Below are positions 40,583 to 55,083 of a stretch of DNA of 64,000 nt, in pieces (positions within the stretch are counted from its first letter, which is position 1; the number at the start of each line of letters is the position of its first letter). The notes beneath the pieces are model-generated. The model worked only from the letters and a program-made list of their open reading frames with translations, was not told where the DNA came from and did no database searches. Source of the DNA: Octopus vulgaris (lineage: Eukaryota); contig OX597817.1 of the NCBI GenBank assembly GCA_951406725.2, positions 115,630,001 to 115,694,000 of the forward strand, given 5' to 3'. Both the position numbers and the translations under genes were made by a program.

Positions 40583-41139
40583 TGCTATTTATTTTTTTCT
40601 ACTATTTGATATCACTTACGTTTGCTGACCTCCTTGGCTTTATACAGGTGAACCCTAAATTAGTAACTCTAACTCTGTCCCAGCCCAAGTTGCATTTGTA
40701 TTTCTAGCAGAGTTTTAGGGATCTTAACACAAGACATTTCCCCACTTATATATTAAGTTCTCGTAGTAGGTTTCAAAATGTTTGCACTAACTTTTCAAGC
40801 ATTGTACAACTTGCTCTGTGAGACTGACGTTACTCAATGACCCTTCAGCGATATACATCTGTACATCACTTCCCTTCAGTCTGGTCTTAAATTCCCTGAG
40901 ATTACGTCGTTTAGGTACTTTTGATAGTCACTGCCTGGTATGTATCATCATCATCATCATCATCATCAACATCATCATTATTATTACTAGTTTCACTTTT
41001 TCTTTTATATTTATTATTATTATTACTTACTGCTATTCCTGAACGTGTCTTGGAAAATCTGTGAGTGCATGTCCTGTTTTCCTTTTACGGGATTGCTTTC
41101 GGTAATCTTACTCTTTTACCTTTTTAAGCCCACTGTGCT

Positions 41140-42457
41140 TGTAAGGAACGGTGAAGACCTGGATGATGATGGCTACAAGTATCTTCGGATCCTGGAGCTG
41201 GACAATATCTTGCACAAATATATAAAAGACAAGGTCTTCACTGCATATTTGAAGCGCCTCAAACTTCTCTTGAAATAAATTAAAACCCAACTGAAAAATC
41301 CTTGTGACTGCCATTAACATATGGGCTGTTGCTGTAGTCCGTTATAGATCACCCATCCGGAAATGGTCAGGAGCGGAGATTAATCAACTCGATCGCACAA
41401 CCCGAAAGTCATTGACATAGCATGGTGCCCCCACACCTTAAAGCGCACATAACCAGGCTCTACATGAAGAGGTATAAAGGCGAATGGGTTGATTAGCGTA
41501 CGGAAATGCATTAACAGTGAAAGAAGATACATGGCAGAGCATTTGTTAAATAGCAAACAAGACCTGCTACAGTATGCCGTTAATGCAGAAAGGTTTACCA
41601 ATAACGTACTTGAGAGTGTTTATGATTTCCGATCACGAAGAGCCAGCGAGAGACAATAAATCCTACTCTTCATGGAATTACATGGTCAGTTCCATCGAGA
41701 AACTAACAACTTAAAATATCAGGAAGCAACATGGAGGTGGCTCAGGAAGGGTGACCTAAAAAGAAATACTGAAGGCCTAATCACTGCTGCGCAAGATCAG
41801 GCATTGAGTACCAACTCAGTTGCAGGGATATATACCACACTATTGCAACGAACCTCTGCAAACTGTGTATGAAGAAGGTCGAAATCGTGACTCATGTTGT
41901 TAACACTTGTGAAAATGTTGCACAAGAAGAGTACAAGCGCAGAAACGACAAAGTAGACTTAAAACTTCCCTGGTTACTATACCGGAAGTATAGATACTAG
42001 ATAACGGGTGTTTGGTATAAATATACACCGGAAAATATAATGCACGAAAAGACTTTGACTTCCAGACAGATAAGGTGTTAGAGCACCGAAGCCGGATATA
42101 ATAACCTTTGAGATGGACAAACAAGTGTGCCAAATAATCCACATGGCATTACCAGGTCAACATATCATGAAAAAAGAGAAAAGGTTGATAAATATGGAGA
42201 TCTGAGAATTGAGATCGGCAAGATGTGGCAGCTACTATAGTCAAACATAACGATTGTTCGTGTTGTCATCGGAGCATCGGATTCAATATCGCCCAACCTG
42301 ATGAAACATCTGGAAACTTTAGAAATACCCTACAAACTATGTGTATTGTAAAAATCGGCTTCACCTGGAACTGCACGCATACTGCATAAAGTACTGTCTG
42401 AGGTCCTTGTTGTGACTTGACAATACATCACAATATTGGATACTGTGCGACGTCTTA

Positions 42458-42491
<34 letters not shown>
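41140..42491 (+). mobile_element. 5'-truncated R4/Dong-clade LINE (REL endonuclease)
   Basis: YKYL.ILE, LHGQFHRE, W.WLRKGDLKRNTEGLITAAQDQAL, an H-R-PDI REL motif, KVDKYGDL and a PGTARIL.KVL end, followed by an (AAT)n tail at 42458-42491. Confidence 0.92.
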
Positions 42492-42495
<4 letters not shown>

Positions 42496-42500
42496 CAGCA

Positions 42501-42666
42501 GCAGCTTGCACTGGAACAACTGTAATCTGCAGTAGCACACTCTTGCTGCTGGTGCCATAATTGCTGGCGTTGTAGTGACAGTAGTAATGGGGGCCGTCTT
42601 TCAACTATCAGTCTCTCTTATTGTAGGAGGAAATAGTCCTTGAGGTGATCGTTGTTGCCACAATTT
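42501..42666. repeat. About 165-bp direct repeat, copy 2
   Basis: See 40418-40582. Begins just after the Dong (AAT)n tail. Confidence 0.9.
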
Positions 42667-42812
42667 CTAAGCTATATGTCATATTAAATGATTGTCTAAG
42701 GGTGAAAACATTAAAATTCTTGAATCATAATCTTTTTTTTGAATACATTATAAAGGATTCTATTGAATATACTGTATAGACCTTTTTTCTTCAAATATTT
42801 AAAATAATGGAG

Positions 42813-43088
42813 TGTTGTCGGTGAAGTGACGGGTAGAAAATATTATTGTCGGTTTTTCAAGTCGGCGTAATAGCCTTCGTTTAAGAGAGAGACAAGAAGC
42901 AAAGAGACAGTAAGAGAAGAAAGCGGTAAAGAGAGAGGGAGATTAGGGAGAAATTCAGGGAAAGTATATGAGAATATACGAGGTGATGAGGTTAGAATAA
43001 AAGAATTTAAATCAAAGATTCACGCGAGAAAATGAGATATCTGGTTGGGAACGGTGGAAGACGTGATGTGTTGTGTGCGTGGACAACA
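42813..43088. mobile_element. Possible solo LTR (276 bp)
   Basis: TGTTGTC...GACAACA perfect 7-bp terminal inverted repeat. No TSD is recognisable. Confidence 0.35.
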
Positions 43089-43399
43089 TCAATGCACTAA
43101 TAATAGAATGCTTATTAAGTATATAAAATGTTAGAACAAATGTTGGTAAGAATTTATGTGAAAGATGTGTAGCGAGTGATAATATATTGATGATGTTAAG
43201 TAAACTATTAAATTAATTAAAAAAGGTTAAATGCCATTTAATTTAATTAATTAATTAATTTGCTTTCATATCGTAGATGCTTTATCACAAACTACACATC
43301 TATAATATTTATTATTATGATTTTATGTACTTGGAATAAATATGCTCGACGGGTTCGATCCCACTATATTTCCTGAGTTTGTGTCATGGTAAGAAAACA

Positions 43400-43420
43400 T
43401 TGTTATTATTATTATTATAA

Positions 43421-43479
<59 letters not shown>

Positions 43480-43555
43480 ATTATTATTATTATTAGTAGT
43501 AGTAGTTGTAGTAGTAGTAGTGGTAGTTGTGGTAGTAGTAGCAGTGGTAGTAGTG

Positions 43556-43612
<57 letters not shown>
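43400..43612. repeat. (TTA)n/(GTA)n compound microsatellite
   Basis: Directly visible. Confidence 0.95.
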
Positions 43613-43664
43613 CTGATATTATTAAGGCGGTCAGCTGACAGAATCGTTAGGTTCTGTGGCATTT

Positions 43665-43824
43665 TTTACATAACATGCTATGTTGTTTTCTCCTGCAGTA
43701 ATGCTGTGTTCGCATCCCATAAGTCCTCTTCCCCCTCTTTTTCTTGGGACATACAGTCTGTCTGTATCACTTTTTGGAGCGGAGTGGCCCCTATCTAGTT
43801 AGCAAGTTGTTTTCCTGTCTAATC

Positions 43825-43827
<3 letters not shown>
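43665..43827 (-). mobile_element. R4/Dong internal fragment
   Basis: Homologous to 49945-50108, the DRLYVPRKRGGRGL region. Confidence 0.8.
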
Positions 43828-43905
<78 letters not shown>

Positions 43906-43974
43906 TATTATTATTATTATTATTATTGTTATTGTTGCTGTTGTTGTTGTTGTTGTTGTTATTATTATTATTAT

Positions 43975-44185
43975 TGTTTTCTCTGTAACACAGGTTTAGT
44001 TGGAGCTCCTGAAGTCTTGCGTGCGCAGTGGGCTTATTACCTGCAGTCTACGGTACCATGCTATTCGTTCTTTCAGGTATCTCACACTTTTCTGATTAAT
44101 CTGTCCGTGCCAAGGAGGCAAAACTTTTGTAACAGTTCAACTTGGCACTGTATTTCAAGTAAGTATCTCATAAGTGCAAGTAAGT
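43975..44185 (-). mobile_element. R4/Dong 3' end
   Basis: Minus strand VELLQKFCLLGTDRLIRKV, then a 3' UTR and an (AAT)n-type tail at 43828-43975. Confidence 0.75.
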
Positions 44186-44435
44186 ATCTCATTTATTTCT
44201 TATCGTGTTTACCACTGATGACGAGAAAATTCTTTATCAATTAACTCAGTAATCGGGGCCGTTTACGAAAACTTCTAGAAATTTCTGTCGGCATGCTTCG
44301 AGAAGCATGCTTTTATTGATGATTTATATGTGGTTATTGACGATTTAAGTCTATTTTCGGCATATTTGGCACTGGAATTTTTTTCTTTTGCCCTTGTTTA
44401 TAAGTTATATATATATATATATATATATTTAAACC

Positions 44436-44468
<33 letters not shown>

Positions 44469-45387
44469 ATATCTATCTCTATATGTATGTATATAGATTT
44501 ATAACCGTACCTGTATGCGTACGTATCTATGCATATATTCGCATGTGTGTGGGCATGCTTATGTGCGTGTTGATTCAAGCTTCGGCATATAAGTAAGGCA
44601 AAGGTAATTTTGTATCCTTCATTTACCACAGTTTGAATTTTATGTTTCGGATTGTCGGGCGATTATTGAAATCAAGATCTGCATGCTGCAAATGTATACC
44701 AAAGTGATTCAGAAAAATGTATGGCAACAGGTGATTCATGATTGATTACATGTTATAAAACAAAATAAACAGGTGACAATTTTGCAGAAGATATTGGAGA
44801 ATACTAAAATTTGAGTGAGTTATATTTCGTCTAAAAAACCACAGAGCGAATCAGTCACTGATGGAAAACATATCTTAGTTTGTAACTTTCTTAAAAATTA
44901 CTTCGATTGTGTTTAAGGAATAAAAGTACTTTCTGATTTAAAGTAGGTTATTTGTATAAATATCAATTACTTATAAAGATACAAAATCAAATTTAACGGG
45001 AAAAATTTATTTTTCTATCTATCTACACACAAGTGCGCGCGCATACACACACAAACATACATATATATGAGAAAGCAAGAGAAAGAGAATGAGAGTGAGC
45101 TACGCACACAAACATGAAGTAGGAAAGATAGAACGACGCATGCACGCTTAATATGATTTGATCCATATTGTAGAGAAAGTGAGAACGTGGTAGTTACATA
45201 CATACATACTCATAAGTATATATGTGTATATATGTGTGTATATATATATATATGTGTGTGTGTGTCTATATGTATATATATATATATGTACATGTATATG
45301 CGTCTATATAGGTATATGCATATATGTATATATATACATATATATATGTATATATGAATATATATGTATATATATGCATATATATAT

Positions 45388-45443
<56 letters not shown>

Positions 45444-45459
45444 GTATGCATATGTACAG

Positions 45460-45624
45460 TCGCAGGAGTGGCTGTGTGATAAGTAGCTTGCTTACCAACC
45501 ACGTGGTTCTGGATTCATTCCCACTGCGTGGCACCTTGGAGATGTGTCTTCTTATATAGCCTCGGGCCGCCCAAAGTCTTATGAGCAGATTTGGTAGGCG
45601 GTAACTGAAAGAAGCCCGTCGTAC

Positions 45625-45684
<60 letters not shown>

Positions 45685-45797
45685 ACATGTTTGTGTGTCT
45701 GTGTTTGTCCTCCCAACATCGCTTGACAACCGATGGTGGTGTGTTTACGTCCCTGTATTTTAGTGGTTCTTCATTAGAGAATGATAGAATAAATACT
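45460..45797 (+). mobile_element. SINE family B, 3'-truncated by the Tc1 fragment
   Basis: cgcaggagtggctgtgtgataagtagcttgcttaccaaccac...caccttggagatgtgtcttc. Confidence 0.88.
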
Positions 45798-46640
45798 CGT
45801 CTCCCATCTCCCAAAACTACTGCAGAGATTAATGATCACCTCGAGAATCTAGTTTACACAAAAACTGTTCACAGAGAACTACACAAAACTGGATTCCACA
45901 GGAGGGCTGCAATCAGTAAACCACTACGTTTAGAAACAAACGTTGCAAAGCGTTTAGAGTGGAGTAAAAATTTACTGAATTGGTCCCTAGAGCAGTGGCA
46001 GTATGTTAGTTTCTTGGACGAGTTATCCTTTACCTTATTTACAAACACCATCCGAGTATATGTGTGGAGATAGCGAAAAGAAACATTTGACCAGACTGCT
46101 TTCTTCTAACTGTTAAACATCGAGAAGTATCTGTATGATCTGGTTAGTGGGAGGCTATCCTTGAAATTCTCCGGTTTAATGGTTTCCCTACACGGGAGAA
46201 TTAATAGTCAATACTATTTAAGCATATTATCAGATCAAATTCATCCTATGGTTGCGGGACTCTTTCCGTAGAAAAACACAATTTTTCAGGATGATAATGC
46301 ACTAATTCACACAGCTAAAGTTGTTACTGAATGGCACGAGGAACATTCTAGTTGAACATCATATCTGGCCACCACAGTCCCCAGATCTCAGTATTATTGA
46401 ACGTTTAATGTGCATTTTAGAAAAGCAAGTAAGGATTTGTTATCGTCCACTCATTACAAAGACTGGAGACTGTTTTACCTGAAGAATGGAAAAAAAATAC
46501 TTTGGAAACAATTAAAACTTTGTACGAGACCATAATTTGTAGAATTCAAGCTGTAATTACTACGAAATGCGGTCCTATCTCATATTAAAATAAATTTGTT
46601 TGAAACTCTAAGGTATCTCCCTTATTTTGTCCAACCCCTG
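45798..46640 (+). mobile_element. Tc1-family transposon remnant, 5' part missing
   Basis: TTAEIND...KTVHRELHKTGFHRRAAISKPL (HTH), FLDELSF, FQDDNA.IH and WPPQSPDL motifs. Right TIR ttattttgtccaacccctg|TA. Confidence 0.92.
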
Positions 46641-48759
46641 TATATATTTCATATATCAATACACTTATATACACATATTTACATATCTATGTAGTTTCTG
46701 TTGTGTCTGAGGAGACTCATTTTCTTTTTGTGCTTTATGTATTTTGATGTCTATTAATCTGTATCTGTTTATATCAATACTTAGAGTTGTCACATCTCTC
46801 GTTTCCATGTTATAATTTTGCCACAAACTCTAGAGGCGGACATAATTTCAACAAATCTAGGACATTTTGTTGTGTTTTATTTTATATACTTTTATTTATC
46901 TATGTTGTTCATATATATGTCGCTGGCGACTCGTATTCATATCTCTTATTTTTTCTTGTAGATATGTGAATATATGTTATTGACTTTCGGGTTCCCAGGC
47001 GAAACTGGATTGAATTCACCTTCTAACAAATGCATCGAACACAGGCCTCTCCGATCGTATATGAATATGTAGGCTATATTGGCCTGTCTAACTGAAGTAG
47101 TTGTGTACCTGCGAGTTTTAAAGGATATTGGTTGCAATTTCTATCGGCAACCATGCTTCACTATAAACTTTACGGGTTACTATATATTTGAGAACAGAAA
47201 ATGAAAATATTCTCAGCACCGTAAACAAAATATGTACGTGAACTGTTGATCAAATAATCCCCGTTAGAGTGAAATGCTTACATTATACATCCGACCTCTC
47301 TTTCGGAGACTATGGAATATATTTACTTGAATGTATGTGATTATTAAATGGTGATATTTGTTATTTCTACGATTTCTCATATTGATAGTATATGAATGTC
47401 ATTTACTTTCTAAATCTAAAAAATTTATATTCTTAAAAGAAACTTCTGTTTTGGGACCCGCACAATGTTTAACTAATTCACCATAATCTAACAGTATTTA
47501 AATCTATATTTAAAAAGGATCGTATAGTTTTGTCACGTATTACATTTTTTATTAAGTGGTATATGTTTCTATATACTTCATTGCTGTCACGTATTTACTA
47601 GAAATATTTGTTGCAGAACTTACTTTAAATCGCATGTTTATGTTTTATAACTTGTTCTCTGCCAGCAACAATAACTATAACAGCATCAATAATGGGAATA
47701 ATAGTAATGGCAATATATTACGTAGGGTTGCCGTATCCTATTTAATCGTGAAATGGAACAGGAGCTGTGATATATTAAGTTTTTAGCCAAGGGAATTAAC
47801 AGAGTAACATGTAATTCTACGTACAAGGATCTGATATGGATAATAAACTTAAAATACTCTCCAAAACAAACCTTTATGCGAATCCAAGAAGAAATATACG
47901 ATGTAATTTATCCATCCCCTAAATCTTTCTGAATTGAATGAAATACCACTAGAGTTGATTTTACTGTTCATTCCTCGAGAATCTAAATTGTAGCACTTAA
48001 ATAAATTCATTTCACTGTAATTTACGTTACTTTATCAGCCAAAAGATGGTTTACCATAGATATAATTTGTATAGATTATTTTTTGTGATTATTAATGGTT
48101 GACGAATTGGTGGGATTTTTAAACTAACGATCAAGAGTCTTATCAGTATTCCTTGTAAATCTTTGAAATGAAATTCCGCCGAGGTATTTTTATCGCAGAA
48201 AATACATCCCTTAATTGCTGCAACGTTCCTAGTTCAAAAAGCAGATCATTCCGATTCTTAAGTGTTCATGAAAATTATGTGCACATTTTACACTTGCTAT
48301 TACAATAATGACATTTAATACCGCCATTGTTGTTATGCAGAATCATATTTAGGCATGGAGAATCATATTTAAACATTAAGTGTCATCCAATTCATTTAGG
48401 AAATATTGTTACTGTGACTAAAACAATTTGTAAACTTGTCAAATATCTTGAAAAATGAGCAAATGTCCATATTATCATTTGGAAAATTAGTGAGAAAAAT
48501 TCACAGAAGATTATATTCATTTTCTAGCTTCTATACTAAAGTTACAGAGTGTCAGATATACTGCATAATATGTGTTATTTTTAAAAATTGGTTACATCTC
48601 TTAGAGTCTATGGGATTTGATTCTATTATGCCCAAGTTCAACACCATTAAAATCTCTTAATATAACTGCACAGGCGATAATGTTCCGCATTCTATAAAAA
48701 TGATTATTATGACACATTTTACTCCCATATATACCTATGTATATTGCCCGTTCCTGTAA

Positions 48760-48954
<195 letters not shown>

Positions 48955-48955
48955 G

Positions 48956-49547
48956 AGGCGGTGAGCTGGCGGAATCGTTAGCACGCCGGGCGAAATGCTT
49001 AGCGGTATTTCGTCTGCCGCTACGTTCTGAGTTCAAATTCCGCCAAGATCGACTTTGCCTTTCATCTTTTCGGGGTCGATAAATTAAGTACCAGTTACGC
49101 ACTGGGGTGGATATAATCGACTTAATCCGTTTGTCTGTCCTCGTTTGTCCTCTCTGTGTTTATCCCCTTATGGGTAGTAAAGAAATAGGTAATTCGTCTG
49201 CCGTTACGTTGTGTGTTCAAATTCCGCCGATGTCGACTTTGCCTTTCATCCTTTCGGGGTCGATTAAATAAGTACCAATTACGCACTGGGGTCGATATAA
49301 TCGACTTAATCCGTTTGTCTGTCCTTGTTTGTCCTCTCTGTGCTTAAACCCTTGTGGGTAGTAAAGAAATAGGTAATTCGGTAGTCGTTTGCCGCTACGT
49401 TCTGAGTTCAAATTCCACCAAGGTCGACTTGGCCTTTCATCCTTTCGGGTCGATAAATTGAGTACCAGTGAAACACTGTGGTCGATGTAATCGACTACTC
49501 CCATCCGTGCCAAATATCAGACCTTGTGCCCTTAGTAAAAAGATTAT
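48956..49547 (+). mobile_element. SINE family A, trimeric copy
   Basis: Head aggcggtgagctggcggaatcgttagcacg. The segment cgtctgccgctacgttctgagttcaaattccgcc...tttgcctttcatcctttcggggtcgat...agtaccag is repeated three times, at about 49011, 49195 and 49386. Confidence 0.92.
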
Positions 49548-49549
49548 TC

Positions 49550-50109
49550 TTCTTATATTCCTTCTGGGATGGTGGTGTACATTGGCTGGTAATATGCGAT
49601 ACGGTTTCACCGTTTTATCCACAGATTCTGCACTTAACACTTTTTGATGTGTTGTCTATTCTGTATTTTATGTAGTGTGTTCTTAGTGCTTGCTCTTTGG
49701 CAGCACAGATTAGAGCCTTCGTTTCCTGTTTTAAATCACTTTTAGTCATCCACAGCCATCTTCTTGCACTGTCTATCTTATCTTCAACATCTCTATGAAA
49801 CTGGCCATGCATTCTTTTCTTGACCCACCTACTTTCAGTTTCATTCGTTTTCAATTTCTTGTAGAGTGCTTTATTTTTGCAATTTTTCATCCTACACAAG
49901 GCTGACCATCTTACTTCTAATAATAGCGGTTCTGTGACATTTTTTACATACCATGCTATATTGTTTTCTTCTGCTCTAATGCTGTGTTCGCATCCCACGA
50001 GTCCTCTTCCCCCTCTTTTTCTTGGTACATACAGTCTGTCTGTGCCACGTTCTGGGTGAAGTGATCTGTATCTAGTTAGCAACTTCCTTGTTTTTCAGTC
50101 TAAGCTGTC

Positions 50110-50110
<1 letters not shown>
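49550..50110 (-). mobile_element. R4/Dong internal fragment
   Basis: ORF 49615-50082 has LHPERGTDRLYVPRKRGGRGL...MHGQFHR...WLWMTKSDLKQETKALICAAKEQALRT...CRICG. Confidence 0.92.
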
Positions 50111-50177
<67 letters not shown>

Positions 50178-52437
50178 CACTGAACATATTAGATTATTGG
50201 AAAAGAAAAGAATCCCAGCATTGGGCTACAACAAGTTGCTTTAGAATCCAAGAACCCTCTATCCATCTGTTCAGATCTTTAGAGATAGTTCCCAATGCAT
50301 CTATAACTATTTGGATACATTTACCCGCACTTTCCACAGTATCTATAATTCAATAGTTAGGTCTGGTAATTTGATATATTTTCTATACTTAGCATTTTAA
50401 TTGTTTTATCATTTGACATTGTATTGTCAGTTATCTGGAACTTTCTATTGTCTTTACTAAATTAGGTCATCTAGCTTCTATTACACTGTAAGTCTGAATA
50501 TTAAAGTCCTACATCTTCTACTTCTGGCTTTTAAGTTCTTTACTAGGTTCATATTCATACCATTTTTTGTATCCTAGCTTTCTACAAAGTTCTCAGTGGA
50601 TTGCTTTCCCTAGATTGTCATGTTTTTTCTTGAATCTTTTTCTGTGCTATTATGCTACATTCACTTACTATATGAGTAACGCTTTTCTCTTTTGTTTTGC
50701 ACAATCTACATTGTGAATCTACTTGGTTTTTGTTTTTATCTATTTTGGCTTTTAACCAGTTAGTCCTTAATCCTTGATCTTCTGCAGCTACTAACAAACC
50801 TATCTCCCGCTTCAGCTTTCTCTTCTGCGGGTATGACCATGTCTCACTACTATTTGTTGAAACTATCTTTGGGAACCTACCATGCAATGTTAGTCAGATA
50901 ATTTCTGCTATTTTTATGATTCTTTAAGTTCGCTTGATGTTTCGGTTTCCCTATGTCTTGTTCTGACTCTAGCATCTTATAGTAAACTTTCTTCCGTAAG
51001 ACATATATAGACGTCTATACTTTGTCAGATTCTAATACTCCTAGGTAATTACAACTCTCTCCCCCTTTAATGTTTTTAATATCTGGCCATCAGGTAATTG
51101 AATGCCTTCGCTGTTGACTACCTGTCCTCTTCTCATGACTAATACTGCATACTTATTTATGCCGAATTCCATGTCTATTTATTTGCTGATGAGGTTTACA
51201 GTCTGTATTATGGAATATATCTCCCTTTCATTCTTATCATTAAGTTTCAGACCATGTAGTAGAAATGGTTAATTTTTCCATTACTATTTCTGAACTGATA
51301 CCCTGCCTTTGTCTTCCTTAATACTAAACTGGGGGGATCCAACGTGGGACAAATATTAAAGAGGAGAACGCGTGCCCCTGGAAAATTCCTCTTTTGTTAT
51401 TAAATTTTCCTAAAAGTGTGTAACCTGACTTTAGGTTTACTTTCCATTTCTTCATGCTGCAGTTAATTAATTCTCTTATGTTGTTTGCAACTGATTATAA
51501 TCAAATATTCAGTTATCTATGAGCGTGGGATCATGCCATAGGCTTTCCTATAATCTATCCATGGTATTGTTAGAATTTTCTTTCTGCTTTTACTTAATTT
51601 AGTACTGCTTTGTCTATATAATAGATCATGTGTTCCTCTAGCCTTCTTTCTGCAACCTTTCTTTTCTTTTGGTAGTAAATTCTTGGTGTCAAGGTGCTCG
51701 TAAATGCTTTCTGAAATCATTAACAGCATCCACACTAATGGTAGGCAAATGATTGGTCTGTAGTTGCTAGCTGTATTACCCTTGCTCATATCATTCATAG
51801 TAAGCATTGTCCTCCCTCTCTTCATCAAATTTTAAAAATTATTTCTTCATGAAGGCAATCCTGAAGTTTTTCCCTCAGCCTCGCATGTAAACTGCTGAAT
51901 TTCTTGGGCCAGTACCCTCGAACAAAATCTGGTCCTGGACCCTTCCAATTCAGCATTTTCCTAACACTTTACTCATTAATCTTAGATCTGGTTGCTTCTC
52001 ATTCACTACTTTTTCCCTCACTTTTTTAACCATACTGTATCTCCATTATGACTGACTGGTTTATCCCAAATATTACTCCAGAACTTTCTAGCATCCTCTG
52101 CATTAGGTTTCTCATCTTCCGTACGTCGTTCACCCACTATTTATTTGGTTATCCTCTGGTCTTTTTCAAATAATTTCTTCTGTTGATGTTGATCTATTCT
52201 TTTCTGATATATGGATAGCTTACCTGCTACTGCTATGATACACTGTTACAACTCTTCTATTATTGTCCCAAATCCTTTCCCTTTGACTAAGTATCTTTCC
52301 TCGAGGTAAGATTTGCATCTTGTATTTCCTAATTTGTTTGTTTTCCAGTCTTCTATTCCACTCAGATCTTGTCTTAAAGTCTTCACTTTATTTTGTAGTC
52401 ACCTTTTCTACATTTGCTCTTTTCTAATCTTTCACTG

Positions 52438-52472
<35 letters not shown>

Positions 52473-53100
52473 TCTGGTGACTGCTACGCCTCCTGCATAG
52501 CTCAACATAATGTCATCTATACTTTTAGTATTTATCGTACTGATAACTGAATCTGCTTCCCTAGTCATTTCCTGTAGCTTCCTCCTGTTGATGTCTTTTA
52601 ACGCTGGCAATCTTCTTCTTACCTCTTTACTCGTTACCTTCTGCAATTCATCTAAAATCTTCTGATCTTCCTCACTTAAATCACTTAAGTCGTTGTTGCC
52701 AGTTGTCTCTTTCTTATTGGTAGCGCTATTATTATTTTTTCCTTTAGGGTCTTCATTAGCTTCAAATGTATCTCTTAAGTTGTTTGTTTTTCCCACTTTG
52801 GTCTTTCTTTTCCAGTACTCTTGTTATTTATTCTACCTCTAATTCTGTTATTCACATTCTTCACTTAATACCCAAAGTATTAACATCCGTTTTCTTTTAG
52901 GTACACTTTCTAAGTAGCACCTTATCATCATCCTGTATTCTTCGCTGGTCCACTTCGTCTTTGTTGCTCTATTATCTACTGATGGTGTATTAGGATGACA
53001 GCTGTGGTCAGTCTGCATCTTTACCGATCGATCCACTCCCGAGCGAAAGGCCTTCTCTTAAAGATCCAACTTCATTTTCACTCTTACAACCAGAGCTATT
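50111..53100 (-). mobile_element. Near full-length decayed R4/Dong LINE
   Basis: KWTSEE..MMIRCY N-terminus, NYRPIICL, GCRKKARGTHDLL, WIDYRKAY, GIFQG (about 51376-51391), MHGRF, AAEDQGLRT and CRLCKTKEKSVTHIVSEC knuckle. (AAT)n tail at 50111-50175. Confidence 0.93.
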
Positions 53101-53298
53101 TGTAAACTCCTGTTTCTCATAAACTGAGGTGAGGTAACGTTCTTCGCCATCGTCATCGCCACTATTATTTTTCGATATCTGAGTTAGCTGCTGTCAGAGA
53201 ATAAGCTTCTGTAAATTATAAGTTACTGTATGTTTAACACTTCCATAAACTGAATACTTTCATTCCTTTAATGCGTTTGCATACATACATACATACAT

Positions 53299-53346
<48 letters not shown>

Positions 53347-53948
53347 GCATTCATATATGTATGTGTGTGCCTGCGTTTGTATGTGTGAGTATGCGTGTGC
53401 GTGTGTTTATGTGGGTTTGTGTATGTGTGCATATATAATATATGTATCTATGCAGTTGTGAATTTTATATCTCTCAATCTATATTTATATGAATTCGTTA
53501 CAGGGATCCTTAAGATTCAAGCCCGTCAATCCGTAGGACCCTAGAATGGCTATGTACGATGACATAGAGCTCACGGTTAAATAAACAACATTGAATACTT
53601 CAAGTATTGTTAGCATACCATTGATATGCAAATATTAAATACAGTTTATAATCATAGATCCAACTCAGGGATGGGTTATTTGAGTGTACATACAAAAAGT
53701 TAACGCAAATAGCGTTTACCTCATAATTTGCAATCCACCATCACTAGGTAAAATTTCAAACAGGTAATATCAATGTTTAAAATCTTACATGTTTAAGGTT
53801 TTACCCAATGAGAGTGAATAGCATTACATTATGTAATCTTTTAAGACTGCATTAAATACATTTCTACTGATACAGCTGTCGTAATGTGTAAACGCCATTT
53901 TTGTTTGCTGTACACGAAAATACACACACACAAACATGATCATATGAC

Positions 53949-53990
<42 letters not shown>

Positions 53991-54017
53991 TTAAACCTAG
54001 TAGTTATTCTACTTGTC

Positions 54018-54712
54018 ATATCATCATCATCATCAATGTTCGACCGTCGTCGAGACAATGGAATTTACCATGCTACGCCAGACTTCACGGTCCATCATGG
54101 CATTACGGGGGTCCTGTTGCTGGATACCTGTATCCCTGGAGATTACATCAGGGTAGGAGAGTGTGCGCCCTCTGGTATTGCGAGTAGATGGCTTCCAGAG
54201 GAGAAGAGTAGAAATTACCTCTTTTTCATCTCTACAACAATGTCCAGCACACTGGACTCTCCTACCCTTCACAAGAGATGACACAGGTGGTAGTTTCCCA
54301 TATATTTGCATTTTGGTTGGATGGCGCTTCCACGAGAGATTTTGAGTTCTCATAAGGAGGCGAGTGTAGGTTCCATCCAACCGCCTCTCAAGCTTCTTTG
54401 ATAACGTCCAGATTTCTGAGCCATAAAGTAGAATTGGTTCGACTGTGGCTTTGAAGATTTCAAGTCTCTACTTTTCCAGATGATGATATGTATGACCCAA
54501 GATATTTGTAATCAGAAACCATATTTAAGGCCGCATTGTTGAGAGTATGGATGATGGAATCACTGTTGGGCAGGCAATTGTTTATATATTCAGTCTTGGC
54601 CTCATTGAGGTAAAGACCTACACAATTTGAGGCTTGTTCGAGAAATTGTAAAAGAGACTGAGCATTGGAGAGAGAATCACTGATAAGAGTGATGTCGTCA
54701 GCAAAGTCAGTC
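54018..54712 (-). mobile_element. 5'-truncated RTE-type LINE
   Basis: DFADDI at about 54690-54709 and GLYLNEAKTEY. ORF 54033-54380 has DGTYTRLLM..QNLSWKRHPT...YG.LPPVS...RRVQCAGHC.R. (GAT)n tail. Confidence 0.9.
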
Positions 54713-54734
54713 AGTCACAGTCGTCAGCAAAGTC

Positions 54735-54982
54735 ATAAACTGAGACATAAATACGCCAACACCGGTTGTCAAGCAGTGGTGGAGGGCAAACACAGACACA
54801 GATATATGCATGTATATACAGACGACGGCCTTTTTTCAGTTTCCGTCTTCCAAATCAACTTATGAAATTTTGGTCAGCCCGTGACTATAGTAGGACACAA
54901 TTGATTAGTGCCACGCTGTCGGACTGAACTCCAATCATATGTTTGAGAAGCAAGGTGTTTACCACATAGTCAAGCCTGCACC
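54735..54982 (-). mobile_element. Decayed SINE family B
   Basis: ggttgtcaagc...gacggccttttttcagtttccgtc...accacatagtcaagcctgcacc. Confidence 0.75.
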
Positions 54983-55034
54983 TATATATATATATATATA
55001 TATATATGTTTGTGTGTGTGTGTGTGTGTATACC

Positions 55035-55083
<49 letters not shown>

